Of a stretch of 64,000 bases of DNA, positions 24,678-38,020 are shown in pieces. Position 1 is the first letter of the stretch, and each line of letters starts with the position of its first letter. The position numbers and the translations under genes are program-made. A model generated the notes under the pieces. That model saw only the letters and a program-made list of their open reading frames with translations. It was not told where the DNA came from and did not search any database. This DNA comes from Phoronis australis (lineage: Eukaryota; Animalia; Phoronida): assembly GCA_002633005.1 (NCBI GenBank), contig NMRA01000367.1:109153-173152 (forward strand), written 5' to 3'.

Positions 24678-27099
24678 AAACAGAACTGTAAGCCTTTGAG
24701 ACTTGGTAGGCGGAAGTTGATCATTGAACCTCGATACAATTGTTCTAATAAATAACCCATAATTGTATTGTTTGATTTTTTCTCATCTTTAACAGGCTTC
24801 TGCATTCATAAATAAATAAATAAATACCCAAGTTGCATTTGAATTTTATTGCTCAATCTCTTCTTTTATTTTTGATTATGTCATGCTGTGTTGTATGTAA
24901 CAAATGCAATATAGTGAAATAAAGTCAATGTTTTACTTTATTGGTGGCCATTCTCTATCAATTCAAGTATTTTGATTTTCTTCAAATAAATTCAAAATGC
25001 TTTAACCAAAATTTTCAAAATAAATGTTGAGTTCAGTACTGTGTTTTGCAATAAAAAACAATATGAACAATATTTTGATGACCAAGGCGTGGGCCGAAAC
25101 TGTTAAGCACCCAGCGTGTTCCATTTGTCTGCTGCGTTTTTCCTTTGGCCTAACAGATGTCGGTTAGTGCCTGGGACAAATAGATACATTGCATAAACAA
25201 TCTAGACCGGCAGCCCAGAGCACTTAGCATAGATGAACGAGGTACCAACATCTGACCACGGGAGCATTTAAAGTNGCATTAGTAAAATCAACAAGTTTTT
25301 AAGTGGTCTCAAAAAAACAGTCGGTAAATGCATTAATTTTAGTCTCAGTTCTTCCACGCGTGTTTCTCCCGAGAGGTTAGTACCTAACGTGCAGACGAGC
25401 GTTCCAAATTGGAACGCTAAGTCCCGCGTGGCAGCGCTGCACGCGAAACAAGATGGCGGACGACCTTTGGAGACTGACGACGAGAGGTAATCGGACTATA
25501 CATTACTTATTTACTAACTTCCTTGCTTAAGTTACGATCAGAAGCTACGGACGCTGCGGCCTGTGGTCGCAACCTAGTTAACTGGGAAGTTCTAGCCATT
25601 ACCGCCCGGTATTACGAAACACATTCCCCTACATGATGACATGTAGTGATCTCTGGTTTCAGAACTAGACATTCATTGAGTAAAGGGCTTGTTATTCAAT
25701 GGCTGAAACTGTCACTCTGTATCAGGGGCCGCTACATCCTACCAATGCCGTTTACATTATTGGTGAAAACTTACTTCCGACGGCTGGCAACGCAAATCCT
25801 CCACTTGTCGCTCTTCCCCGCAACGTTTGTGTCATAAGATCGCTCATTTTCTGTGATGTTAGGACGTCAGGTTGTGGAAATACATGTTTTGGTGTTTTTA
25901 CCGTGACTGCTGGCATCAGTTGCTGGGTATGTGAGGGAACGGCTTGTCTGGCAGCCGAAAGATAAGGCGAAAGCCCTCCGCAACGAGCGACTATGCACGC
26001 CATCTTGAAACCGTTTTACACTTAACGAAATTTCCATACGAGTGCGCTCAGGGGTCTTACATAACTGAGTCTCAAGTAGATAATCCTAAGATAATTTGTT
26101 ATTGTATACATATCCAATGTCCGAACAGATAGGGCCTACCGTAAAAGTGTATGTGTTGTAAAAGAAGTCAACTGGGCTTAAGTAAAAACAAGAACTTTTT
26201 TAAAATAGTATTACTCCGCGCTCATGTTGTCCGTCACGACATCTATTGTGAACTCTCTAAATCGTACTGCTGTGCGTGAACTTGGAATCCTGATAAATAT
26301 CAAGTTAAGCGGAAGTGAGTGTTGCGTGAACTTGGAATACATGAGGAAACTTGACAAGTTCACTCAAATAATAACGTTCATGTGAATAAAAATTTGCACT
26401 GCACTAAACCAAATTATATGCTATTAAAATAACGTAAAATTCAACTAATCTTTTTTCAGCTATTGGCGATCTTATTCACCAAACAATAATTGTTTTAATC
26501 AATCACAAATTCCTCCGATTCTTTGACACAAGTGATTGTAAGGCCAATAAATACAAAAATTCTTTACATTGAACAAAAAAACTTCACCTGATTGCACAAA
26601 TATATGTTCATTTCCACGGTTACGCATACGCGATCTTGAGATTAAGCAGGATTCCACTGCATTAAGCCGGGCCAATAATTTGCGTTAAAAACCAACACAA
26701 CGGCGGTATGCTGGAAAAAACAACAAAGTAAGGTTTTTTGATAAAAAAATTTTTGGCGATGCACTAATAAGTCGCTAAAAACTACAACCATTGGACACGA
26801 TTGAAGCTAAACGACCGTGCGCATTGATATACTCGGTGGGTTTACAAACTTTGTTGAACGCTGATCAGAGTTAACAATATCACATGAATTATTGTTTTAA
26901 TATTCTTTCAATCTCGTTCAACCAAAGTTTTGACCAGTAAACAGTTCTATTTAACTTGTGCCNGAAAATATGTCTTGGATAATCAAAGAACCTTATTTTT
27001 GGTAAAAATGACATGAAAATAGGTTGCCTTCGCCTTTAAGTACCTAAACTTCGTTTTTCATCTACGGTTTGTAAACTTAAAACAAGTAATCTAGTTCCT

Positions 27100-27740
27100 A
27101 AGCCAATACTTAATTTATTGTCATTTGAATTGTGAGAACATTTTAGGACACATTGTTGAGTTTGTGTTGTCTGAAATTCATCAATTTCCTTAAGATTTAT
27201 TTCACATAGACATAAATCGTTTAGTGTACTTTAATATTTGGGGATCTGATGATAGGTTGAATTTTCCCAATGTCGGCCTGCAGTTAAATGCATTGAAGTA
27301 TTGTCATTTCTTACAAGATTAGCTTCTGATTGTCAAAAAATTATCTCTCAATCAGGTACATAAACAAGTAAATCAGGAACCAACAATCAAATCCTTGAGC
27401 AATGCGTTAACCTTGATTTAATCCCCTGTTAGTGACTTTAAACAACAAATCTTGTACCGAAGTCAATAACCAATGCATTTGTCATTTGAATTTTGAATAA
27501 TTTTTTTGGAAAGTGTCCAAATTTCATCGATGTTTTTGAGTTATTTTAGATAGGCAAAAAGCGTCCAAGTGCACTTTACTATTTGGGGATCGGATTATAG
27601 TTTTTTTCCATATTGAGGTTTCAACTCAGTTCCCTGAATCGTCATCATTTCTTAGTTCTAATTGACAAAAAATCACCTATTAACCTGTCGGTTTTCGTAG
27701 ATAAATAAACATGTATATCAGAAACCAACGAATTTGTTAA
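27100..27740. repeat. Degenerate tandem duplication, period about 360 bp
   Basis: tgtcatttgaatt and tatttggggatc blocks each recur about 360 and 345 bp apart respectively. Confidence 0.6.
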
Positions 27741-28689
27741 TCAAAACGAAATGTTATAAGCAATTTCCCCATGCATGCTCGCAGACTTTTGACGGGTAAC
27801 CGGGGGAATATGGGGATTGGGCATTCATAGTGAGGTGTATTTTTGCTCTTTCCGAGGTATCTATAACGATTCATGAATTTAACTTGGCCTAAAAAAAAAA
27901 CACTGAAATATTTAATTTGTTTATTGTTGCGAATATTTGGGGTACACTCGTTCGACATGAACACGGTCACGGTAGCCTCGACAGCAGTGTTTTCCAAATG
28001 TGGGAATTCCTTACAAACAACTCATAGTAACCATCTTCAAAAGAGATACTATTCTTTTAATAATATAGGAAACAGTAGCATTATTTTATAATTAACCATC
28101 GGACTTGTGTAATTAAGAAACAACGGTCTTCACGTTCTTTAAAACTCCTAACTCCCTTACGATGGCGATGAATCCTATTGTATTTTTTCAAATTTTTTTG
28201 GTTGTTTGGGTCGAATGTCTTGATACAGCTGTGCTGTGATGTTTTGTTTTTTTTTCGATGAATTTCGAATTACAACTTCCCTAGTGAATACTTGGCAATG
28301 TTGGATTTACATGTAAAGAGGGACGAAGGGACATTTCTCCGAACTGCTCCACCGAGAGAGGGTCCCGTCTGAAATGGGACACCTTAATAATGAAAAGCTG
28401 AACATCATGAAGCTTGGAAAAACTTCATTCCACCGTCTTGTGGTCAGACGACGGTGCAGGAAAATTAAGTGACCTTCTTCAACATGAAAGTTGGTTGCAC
28501 GATTTCAAAAAAAACAGGACAATAGACGTAATCGAATCCAACACCTATGACTTGTAATGAGACTTATTCATATTTATTCATGTCAAGAATGCGTGTTCCT
28601 GGCAACAGACAATCTGGGGAGAAACGCTCATTGGTAGACCATCTCTGTGTGAAGTACGCCCGCCTTTATGGTCAAATATGAACAGACCT

Positions 28690-28850
28690 ATTGCATGGTA
28701 CATCCCCTGTATAACCAGCCAAACACACTGCACAATGTACACCTGAACAACCAGCCAAACACACCCAGTGCATGGTGTACCCCCTGTACAACCAACCAAC
28801 ACACCCAGTGCATGGTGTACCCCCTGTATAACCAGCCAAACACACACACT
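28690..28850. repeat. About 44-bp minisatellite in the CYC1 3' UTR or flank
   Basis: gcatggtgtaccccctgta(c/t)aacca(a/g)ccaa(a)cacac repeated about 4 times. Confidence 0.9.
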
Positions 28851-29413
28851 GGTGCACCCATTCTGCTACAAGAATTGAAACAAGTGGGCATCAAAACCTC
28901 TTTATTAAATACAACACTTGTTGACCCACTGCAGTTGAACCAGACAGTGCAGCATAATAAATATCTCTGCTCATCAATCCAATTCACACAAGAACACTTT
29001 ATGTCCAATTTACAATTTTTAAAAGAAAAACGTGCTTCAAGCATAATTTTCCAATGACCCTTCTGCCTTAACTGGGTTAGATATAGGGTATCATAATTAA
29101 GACTGAAATCTTAGTTACCAATTTAAGTTTCTTAGACATTAGCCAGGATGAATTCATCATTAAATAAACCACACAGAATGGTGAAGACAGTTCAAAATGA
29201 AATATCAGTTGTGAGGACAGAGAAGTTGTTAACCTACTACAGCAACACAATGCTCAAAACAAATTCCACCATTTTAAAAAATCTTTAAGAGCATGCATGT
29301 GCATGATAAATAACGACTCCTTTAAGAACACTAAAGCCAGAGTACGCCAGCATCATGATGGAGTATGTTCGTACTGTCATTTGTTCCTGGACACTGACTA
29401 AATAAGGTGGACG

Positions 29414-32400
29414 TTATCGCTTGAAGGCTATCTGACTGTTCTTGACCACTGACCACTTGTGTCTCTTGATGTAGTAGGAGAGTATGAACATGCTGCCCAG
29501 CAGTAACACACACTGTAAGGAGATATCAACAGACAAGTCAGTCAGTGCTGCCCAGCAGTAACACACACTGTAAACATACATAACCTAAAAGTCAATCTTA
29601 CAATGAAGAAACAAAATCACTTTGTTCTTTAATCAGAGTATTTGACACATAAGAGTTTGAACAAACAAAAGTACATGGCATTAAGAATAAGCTTTCGTTC
29701 AATAATTGCCATAACACTATTGATGTTAAACACATTATGGTAGTTGCCTCCACAGTGACACACAAATGACCACAAGCGTTAAGTGGGCAAGGCCAGAGAA
29801 GAAGTTGGTCTAATTACTCCTTAAAATAAAATGCAACTACGTGAAGACATTCTTTGAGACGAGTGAAAATATTTCAGTTTTGATTCAAACCATAACACAG
29901 CACACATGTCTGATTTTCTCAAGGACCATAAATTTGGAATAAGATTGCTTCAAATAGTGATGGACAAATTGAACACAACAAAAGTTACCTTCAAGCCCAG
30001 CCTCTTGCGTTGGTCATGTTCTCGCTCAGCCGACCATTTTAAGAAAGTCGACACATCCTTGGCTAGCTGACTACGAGTAGCTGGAGTACCTAGAGACAAA
30101 GACAACCAGTTATTGTAAGGCAAATAAGACATGAGTTAAATCAAACCCGTGTTGTATGGCTGGGTTATACTGGCAGAGTCAGTGTGGATTAGTGGTAAGA
30201 TGGAATCAACAGTGACAGAGTCAGTGTGGATCAGTGGTAAGATGGAATCAACAGTGACAGAGTCAGTGTGGATCAGTGGTAAGAAGGAATCAACAGTGAC
30301 AGTCAGTGTGGATTAGTGGTGAGATGGAATCAACAGTGACAGGTCAGAGTTCAGCTGGTGGCTCAGTGTTGCACGCATGTAATTGTGTCCAGCAAGCTAC
30401 TTAATAGTTAATTGACAAGCTAGTTTATGTACACTGCTCCAGTTGACTGACAATGTTGACAGTACAAGCTAGTTTATGTACACTGCTCCAGTTGACTGAC
30501 AATTGTGACAGTACAAGCTAGTTTATGTACACTGCTCCCGTTGACTGACAATGTTGACAGTACAAGCTAGTTTATGTACACTGCTCCAGTTGACTGACAA
30601 TGTTGACAGTACAAGCTAGTTTATGTATATTGTTCCAGTTGATTGACAATTTTGAAGATTTAAATGAACACGCTTTAGTTACTATAACTACAGGCCAAAT
30701 CCATAATTTTGTATCTTTTCCAGTTGAATAGTCTCATTTTCATACATAACACAATGCATTCCATGGCTGTGGTATTTTCAATGAAAATCTGTGACCAACG
30801 AGACAATTTGAAAAAGTACTTATCCCAGTGAGAAATTTTGACAAACAAATCATAAGGCCCAGAGCTAACCATATTCATTAACTGCTTATGTGTTACTAAA
30901 ACATGAATCATATTGGTAAAAGGATGTGAGTGAACTCTTCATACCGTCCTCATATTCCAGAATTTCATTGTAAAGAGGCGCCGCCATGCCAATTGCTCCA
31001 CCAGCAAAGTATGGGTTGTAATGCTGGTCTTCACCCAGGACACGCCCAGCAGGGGGGTCACAGTAGCCAGTCAGTAGGTGGAACACATAGTCCTACATAA
31101 GTACAACATGTAAAATTAGTCCTCTCCTAGCTGAACACATAAAATCTGCACAAAGTTTTGGTAAGCAATCTATACACTTAACTTCATATAATACATATTA
31201 ACAGTTTACAGCATAGTTTAATCAAGCTATACATATAACTTAATGTAATACCTATTAACATTTTGCAGCATAGTTTAATCAAGCTATACATATAACTTAA
31301 TGTAATACCTATTAACATTTTGCAGCATAGTTTAATCAAGCTATACATATAACTTAATGTAATACCCATTAACAGTTTGCAGCATAGTTTTAGTTACCAA
31401 GTTATACACATAACCCAATTTTCCTTGAGAATACATGCCTAACTAAGAAGACTAACATACCGCCTACACTCAACAGACACAAAACGTCAGTGTAGATTAC
31501 TAGTGACATGTCCTCACCTCAGCTCCATGCCTGGCCCTTGTGATGAAAGACAGGTCTGGTGGCAGTGCACCAGCATTAGCTGCACGCGCTGCCTCATCAT
31601 TATCGTACGGCCGCGGGAACTTGTCCGACAATTTCCCCTCTCTCATGAACATCTTACCCTCGTCATCAGGGCCATCCTGTATTTGCACCTGTAACCATGA
31701 CAACAATTGCATAGTCATGTAGATACCATTTTGTACGACTGTGCATGATTGTGAGGACACCATGTTGTATGACTGATGCATGACTATGAGGACACCATGT
31801 TGTATGACTGATGCATGACTATGAGGACACCATGTTGTATGACTGATGCATGACTGTGAGGACACCATGTTGTATGACTGATGCATGACTATGAGGACAC
31901 CATGTTGTATGACTGATGCACGACTATGAGGACACCATGTTGTATGACTGATGCATGACTGTGAGGACACCATGTTGTATGACTGATGCATGACTATGAG
32001 GACACCATGTTGTATGACTGATGCATGACTGTGAGGACACCATGTTATATGACTGTGCATGACTGTGAGGACACCATGTTGTATGACTGATGCATGACTG
32101 TGAGGACACCATGTAGTATGACTATGGGGGATTGCAAATCAAATTCATGTTGACAACAAAATAAACTGTTTGGACTAATTTGTTGTAGACATTTATTGAC
32201 ATCAGTTTACACTTGAAGACTTAAGTAACTGCTATGGATAATGTTGATAAAGTCCACTTAAGATTATGTAGGGCCTACAAAATGATGAAATTTAAATTTC
32301 AGAACATCACAACTCTGAACTGTCTGATCAGATACTATGCTTTGTGCACTGTTCTCTAAAACGCTGCAAGGAATTGATTTTGAAATGTTGTACTTTTACT

Positions 32401-35400
32401 TGAGGGATTTTTATGGTCTTTAAAAAAATCAAAAGTTGCATAAAATGAAAATGAAGGATAATTAAGAAACTCATGGAGCACGCAAAGTGGCATAAAGAAA
32501 AAATGTACTGTACTCGTCCGAGTTACCACCAACCCCCAATTTTTCATTAAAAGTGTCGGTGCTTCTGTGAACTTTCGTCGCACAAAACTAAGATTCCAAA
32601 CGTGGGCAACTCCCTTACCTTTCAGTGACAATCAGTTTTAGCAGAACCGGGAACTCGCCTTACTATGGCGGTAAAGTACCCGTAGTCTCATGCACTTTGC
32701 TGATGGAGACACAATTATTTCCTTTTTCTCGTGCGCAGAATTCGTGTCAGCATTTACAGATCACTGAGTTAGCGCTTGCTGAATGTATTTCATTGACGTC
32801 GAAGAACCAGGGGTACTTGACAGGAATTTTTAAGTCCATGGCCTACCTTTTTGTGATTCCCCGTGAGTGCCACAACAATACACGAAACATCACCACCCAG
32901 AGCAACGAAATAAAAAACACGAGCACACGGACATTATTTTGGACGCATTGTTTTGAATGTGACAAGCAGAAACGAGTCATTGTAACAAGCCAACTTGTCT
33001 CACTATTCCTTGCCTTGGTTAAACGCATCTTTTTAACGACTAACTGCATCTTTTTAATGACTAACTCTGACACCAAAATGAAAGTGCACAGCCAATATGG
33101 AAGCACCCAAACAAAATGGAAGTGCCCAACCAAAAGCAAGAACGCAATAAATCAACTTGTCATTTAAGCGCAAGTCGACCATTCTATCCCCATCCACGCA
33201 GCCAAAAACTTATTTTTTGAACTCTTGATTTGCCTGATGACTTTTTACATGATGTGTTTTTGCTTTTTTATTTTTGCAGCCAACCTAGCACTCTATTACC
33301 CAATAGTAATATCGTCTGTTTGTTGAGCAGTGCTTTGAACAACAGTGGTGTCGGCTGTTCAACTCAGAAAGAACTATATAAAATGTTTCATTTTTTAAAC
33401 AAAGTTCAAAGCATTTTAATGTTCTTAAAAAAACTGAGACCTGTCAGTCATAAGCATGTGTTTTGGTTACCAAAATGTCTAGGGGGAGCAATCTACAAAA
33501 TCAGGTGCTTCCCTTTTAAATATGCGGCGCCCTAGCGGAGTCTCGGTTGATCTGCCTTTTCTCTCAAGAAACTTGCCCTATTGAATGTATGCCTACCTGC
33601 AACCCTTTATCCAGGATTTCGAAAATAGGGTGTCCAAAATGGTGTTCCCAATATTCCAGGGCGTTCATGATTCCGACACGTAAGCCCCCACCCCCCAGCA
33701 ATCACCCCAAACACACACATTTTTTTACAAAAAATGCATAGACCAAGGTTTTTACATTTAAGTTTACAAAACAGCCTTCTGTAGTGAGCATTTTACTAAA
33801 ATAAAAATGTAGACCAAGACTTTTACAATGCCATCAACCAAGTGTGCAATATACAAAGTATATACATTGTATATTTCTTCCTGCTTTGAAAAAAGAGCCC
33901 CCACCGTGAGCCTTCAGAGGCTTCCTAATATTCATTACAATGTGCAAGTCCAAACTTGAAAGTTTCCTATTGACAGTGGGCGTCCAAATGATACATTGGG
34001 CGTCCTTGCCAGGGCGTCCAGATTAGTGCTAGGGCGGCCATTTGGACACCGTGGATGTACGCTGTATAAAGGCCTGCCTACCTGTAGAAATACCTTAGTT
34101 CTAAGAGATGACGAACAGTGACCAAGGTATGTAGAAAACCCAATCACGATCGAATGGCGCCACTGTATCGTGTGCACTATTTCACTTCAGAAAGTCATTA
34201 CTTCAATCCGTAGACATATATTTGAACTGCTATGCTTCAAGTTAGATGTCATTGTAATTCCATGAAGGTGGTCTTCCGTGAAGTAAGCACCCACTCCTGA
34301 CTTTTCAAAAATTTTGATTTTAACCGCCCATGCTCGACTTACTGCCCATCCCGTTTTTAAGATTCCCAATTTAACTTGGGCAGCAGACCATAGGGGCTGG
34401 GAGCTATAGCCCCACTTTTTTCCTCAGTGCTGCGCTGCCAATGGTCTACAGGCGGTAAACCACAAGGGGGCTGGAAGGCTTTAGCCCCCCACTTTTTCCA
34501 TTGCCGCGCTGCCCATGTTTAAGCGCCTAGGGCGGTAACCCGGACGAGTACGGTATATCTTGTGGGGTCCAGACAAAAACTTGTTCTCACAAGATTATTT
34601 TCTATTAATGTGACTTAATGGGTTTTGTAGAAAACTCAAACAGCTTTTTGAGATTTAATCTTGAGCATTTAAATCAATCAAAATTCAGTTAGAATAGTCA
34701 TTCTGTTTTTTTGATATCAATGTACCTTTCTTTTTTGCTAAACTTTACCAAAAAGACATTAAGTGACCCAATTAATGAGATAGGTAAAAACTTGAAAATT
34801 AAATTCTACAGCTTTTCTACTTTCTGATGCACAGGCTTTATGAATAAGGCCCCTAACCTTTAAGGTTTTGTCACAAGCAACATACAGCATATCTAAGTAT
34901 GGTCCATGTGCATCACAAAGCATGATAAGAGGAGACACTAGTTCATTTCACACAGACCATGTAGCAGTACAACTGTCACATGACTATAGTACAACTGTCA
35001 CATGACTATAGTACAACTGTGACATGACTATAGTACAACTGTGACATAACTATAGTACAACTGTCACATGACTATAGTACAACTGTGACATGACTATAGT
35101 ACAACTGTCACATGACTATAGTGACTTACAGCTTCAGCCTCTCCCTTAGCTTCCTCCTCACTGTGAGTCACTCCTATTAAGTCTCTGTAGTGAAGGTAGT
35201 TCATGCTGTGACATGCCGCACAAACCTGCTTGTACACTTGGTAACCACGACGAATACTGAAAATTTGAGAATTATTAATTCAACCCGTTTGTTTATCCAT
35301 AATTACCACTAATATTGTGCTATCATTTTCCATCAGTTTTCTATGGTAAAATTTTCATTTTCTTTGAACTTTTTACCAAAAGACCATAAACAGCAATTCT

Positions 35401-37809
35401 TGAAAACAACTTTCTGCCATCAATCATGACACATTTTTGAAGTCTGAAACACAACACACTGACATTAAAAGCCTGACTGTTTTGGTGAAACATATAAGTG
35501 ACTGACAAATGTGAGATTTGTAATGAGCTAACTTGTCACTACAGCTACTAGGGGGTAATAGTACCGAGACATGAACTAGGGCAGAAAGGGGGCCATTATG
35601 AGACCAGGGTAACTTGTCACTACACCACAGGTAATACTTACGAAGCATGATCCAAGGCAGAGAGGGGGCCATTATGAGACCACGGTAACTTTGGAGGATG
35701 AAGAAGGAGCTCTGCAGCAGCTACAGGTTGATTGAGGGCAGTCACCAGGCCAACGCCTCCTGCTACACTCATAGCTACAGCTGCAACCTGAGTAGTCAAA
35801 GTTCATAAGCAGGTCAGCAATGAGTTCAAGGGATGCAAAGAAGATAACTGCTTGCTTTCATGACAATTCTTAGAAATAATCCACAATACAGCAATTAAAG
35901 GCAATTTTCCTTCATTGAGTTGTAAATATTATATTAAAAGCGATTAGCAGAGTTTGTCCAGTACACCAACAATGGCAACGCGGTGCGTTGAAATGTGCCC
36001 ACGAATGCATCGCAAATGGAGAGCTTTTACGGTTGTTCATTTGTATCATAAAAATGGCCATCCGAAAATGGAACATGTCATTGCTCCTTTAACAGAATCA
36101 TCTCACCAATAGCTGCCTATATTCCAAATTTTCTGAAAATCCGTTAAGGACCTTTGAAGATACAGAGCTAAACCTAAAAAAAACAAAAATTACCACTAGG
36201 AGGCGCCACAGTAGTCAAAGTCGGAAAATCATCATCACCTTTCCTCATCATAGTAAGAAGATAATACTAATTTTCATAATCAGCCTTAGAACGGTTTGGT
36301 TGAAAACGGAAGGACAGCGTCATCTCACTAATAGGTGCCTATATACCAATTTTTATGAAAATCCACTTAGGACTTTTGAACATACAGAAGTAAACGTAAA
36401 AAACTAAAATTGCCACTAGGGGACACACCAGTAATCGGATCCGTCCGAAGGTTCACTCATGCTGTCCCATACACGGAAGGAACACATGTGCAAAATTTCA
36501 TGAACATACGTCAAGGCATTTTGGAAATGGAGCAGCGGACGCCGGACAGCTGGCAGGCCGGAGATGACGGCATAATGCGTCCAAATATAAATATGTGGGC
36601 CCATAATTACTGTTGATAATACCACAGTTTGAACTTGCCCACACATCCCATAGGGTTACCATACGCCTTTTGGAAAATTATGGCCTGCACTGACTAAACC
36701 ATCAAAGCACCTTTTGAGCATAGAGGGACACCTTGGTCTCTACTCTTCCCGGCTCGAACACATGAAACTTCCAAGTTCAATATTTCTGAATGTATGAGCC
36801 ACCACAGTTGCAAGATGTGGTATAAAAGTGTAGATATCAGAGATTACCAGACCACCAGCTTCATTCAAATTCTTATGTCACTGTGTGATGTGAATTTGTC
36901 AGGACTTGAAACATCAGCAATTATTATTAACAGGATCTATGACTGATACCCAGCAGCATGCAGTGACTGATACCCAGCTGCATGCAGTGGGCAGCCACTT
37001 CAGCTGCCAAAGTTTACAGTCAGCTCTGACCTTCGACCCAGTTAAAACATTGAGGTCATGTTAACATACACACTGATGCCAGCCCTAGCCCATTCACGAT
37101 TTTGAGGACGGAACAAAGAACTATTGGATAAAATGTTGATAATGGGAGTACTAGATTGAGTTGGAAGGATTTAAAGACTCTGACTGCCTCCAAACTTGTC
37201 CATCTACACTTAACAGGTACTCATATAGTAACATATCTTTGATAGTTTTAAAGTCAAGATTAAACATAATTTTCCAAAAACCTTACAGTGTACAAGATTG
37301 TACCTACAACTAAAGAGGAGGCAGTGTGGCCTGGTTGATAAGTGCCCGCTTTCTTTACTCGAGGTCGTGGGTTCAAGTCCCACCATGTCACACTGCTAAA
37401 CCCTTCAGCCAGGTCTCTAGCTCCTCAGCTCGGTTTTAACCATAAATTAATAAAGCATAAAAATATTTCCAGTGCAATGGGCCCACATGCGAGGCCTGCA
37501 CACGTCTGGTATAACGTGTATCAGATCGCCTGCAATTATTTTTTTATATATTACCTACAACTAGATAAAAACTATGAATGCAATTATATACCTACGTCCA
37601 TACAGAGTTTTGACAAAATCTTTGTAGCAGACATTCACTATCTATAGTAAGTACATTGCAAATACTATGGCTGCAACAGTGTTGTACAATATTATTTAAC
37701 TGACACAGAATTCAAGACATAAAATGTAACTTGAGATCAGGTATCATATTTAAGATGTGATACTTACTACTTTTTTACCCCTTGACAATGGTACAGTTGA
37801 CAACTTTGC
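29414..37809 (-). CDS. CYC1: Cytochrome c1, heme protein, mitochondrial (complex III); first exon not located
   Basis: Exons 37768-37809, 35642-35787, 35130-35256, 31518-31688, 30945-31092, 29989-30089 and 29414-29512 (stop) splice in frame at GT-AG. Peptide contains [31 protein letters not shown] (CxxCH heme motif), [36 protein letters not shown] and the C-terminal TM helix plus [11 protein letters not shown]. Confidence 0.97.
30174..30341. repeat. 42-bp minisatellite, about 4 copies (CYC1 intron)
   Basis: Unit cagagtcagtgtggattagtggtaagatggaatcaacagtga. Confidence 0.95.
30415..30650. repeat. 49-bp minisatellite, about 5 copies
   Basis: Unit acaagctagtttatgtacactgctccagttgactgacaatgttgacagt. 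Confidence 0.95.
31194..31390. repeat. 57-bp minisatellite, about 3.5 copies
   Basis: Unit attaacattttgcagcatagtttaatcaagctatacatataacttaatgtaatacct. Confidence 0.95.
31737..32125. repeat. 35-bp minisatellite, about 11 copies
   Basis: Unit gactgatgcatgact(a/g)tgaggacaccatgttgtat. Confidence 0.95.
32508..34553. mobile_element. pogo/Tigger-like (Tc1/mariner) non-autonomous element in a CYC1 intron
   Basis: TA-flanked TIRs ctgtactcgtccgagttacc / ggtaacccggacgagtacgg. Contains nested insertions and degenerate HIRAN-like codons near 32810-33135 (minus). Confidence 0.7.
33600..34076. mobile_element. hAT-type MITE nested in the pogo-like element
   Basis: Perfect 8-bp target duplication cctacctg (33592-33599 and 34077-34084) with imperfect TIRs caaccctttatccag / ctgtataaaggcctg. 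Confidence 0.8.
34966..35122. repeat. 22-bp minisatellite, about 7 copies, abutting a CYC1 splice donor
   Basis: Unit catgactatagtacaactgt(c/g)a; the array ends within 10 nt of the donor at 35129. Confidence 0.95.
35935..36610 (+). mobile_element. Helentron/HINE-like non-autonomous repeat; related reverse copies at about 46470-46566 plus 48140-48305, 59060-59540 and 62200-63070
   Basis: Internal subrepeats with caaattt..tgaaaatcc and ccactagg(a/g)g motifs, a cggac-type tract and a short imperfect 3' hairpin. Homologous blocks at the other loci. Superfamily assignment is by structural resemblance only. Confidence 0.5.
37318..37560 (+). mobile_element. tRNA-derived SINE (Pol III A and B boxes)
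   Basis: gaggcagtgTGGCCTGGTTGataag...gtgGGTTCAAGTCCcacc: A box, B box and T-arm hairpin are present but the acceptor and anticodon stems are not. The 3' boundary is approximate. Confidence 0.6.
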
Positions 37810-38004
37810 CTGCAATGTACAAGTAAGAATGTGTAGTATGAGTTACCCAAGGTTAACAACCAATACTGACATCAATATAACAAAGAATGAATAACAGGCT
37901 ATGTAGTATTTGAGAAGCAAATATACTTTCCTTTTCAATTTCACTTTTAAAGCTTTCACAATTGCTCAACACTAGTCTCACAATCACAATCCAAATTGAC
38001 CATT

Positions 38005-38020
38005 TGCCACTAGAGGGCGA
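38005..38020 (+). promoter_or_regulatory. Candidate CTCF-binding motif
   Basis: tgCCACTAGAGGGCga closely matches the CTCF core CCAC(C/T)AG(A/G)(G/T)GGC. Motif match only. Confidence 0.4.

Noticed and set aside
28300-28530. Candidate first exon of the mucin-Ig gene (minus strand)
   Set aside because: No convincing signal peptide or strong phase-1 donor, and it is separated from the gene by an assembly gap.
31690-32112. Long repetitive N-terminal extensions in ORFs 31500-32060 and 31924-32112 (likewise 28578-29057 and 31184-31369)
   Set aside because: These are translations of minisatellites; only 31518-31688 is a real CYC1 exon.
31737-32125. Regular 35-bp repeats (also 53012-53460 and 60700-60935) resembling a CRISPR array
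   Set aside because: Units are head to tail with no unique spacers, lie in spliceosomal introns, and there are no cas genes.
37318-37390. Possible tRNA gene
   Set aside because: A and B boxes are present but there is no proper acceptor or anticodon stem; better explained as a SINE head.
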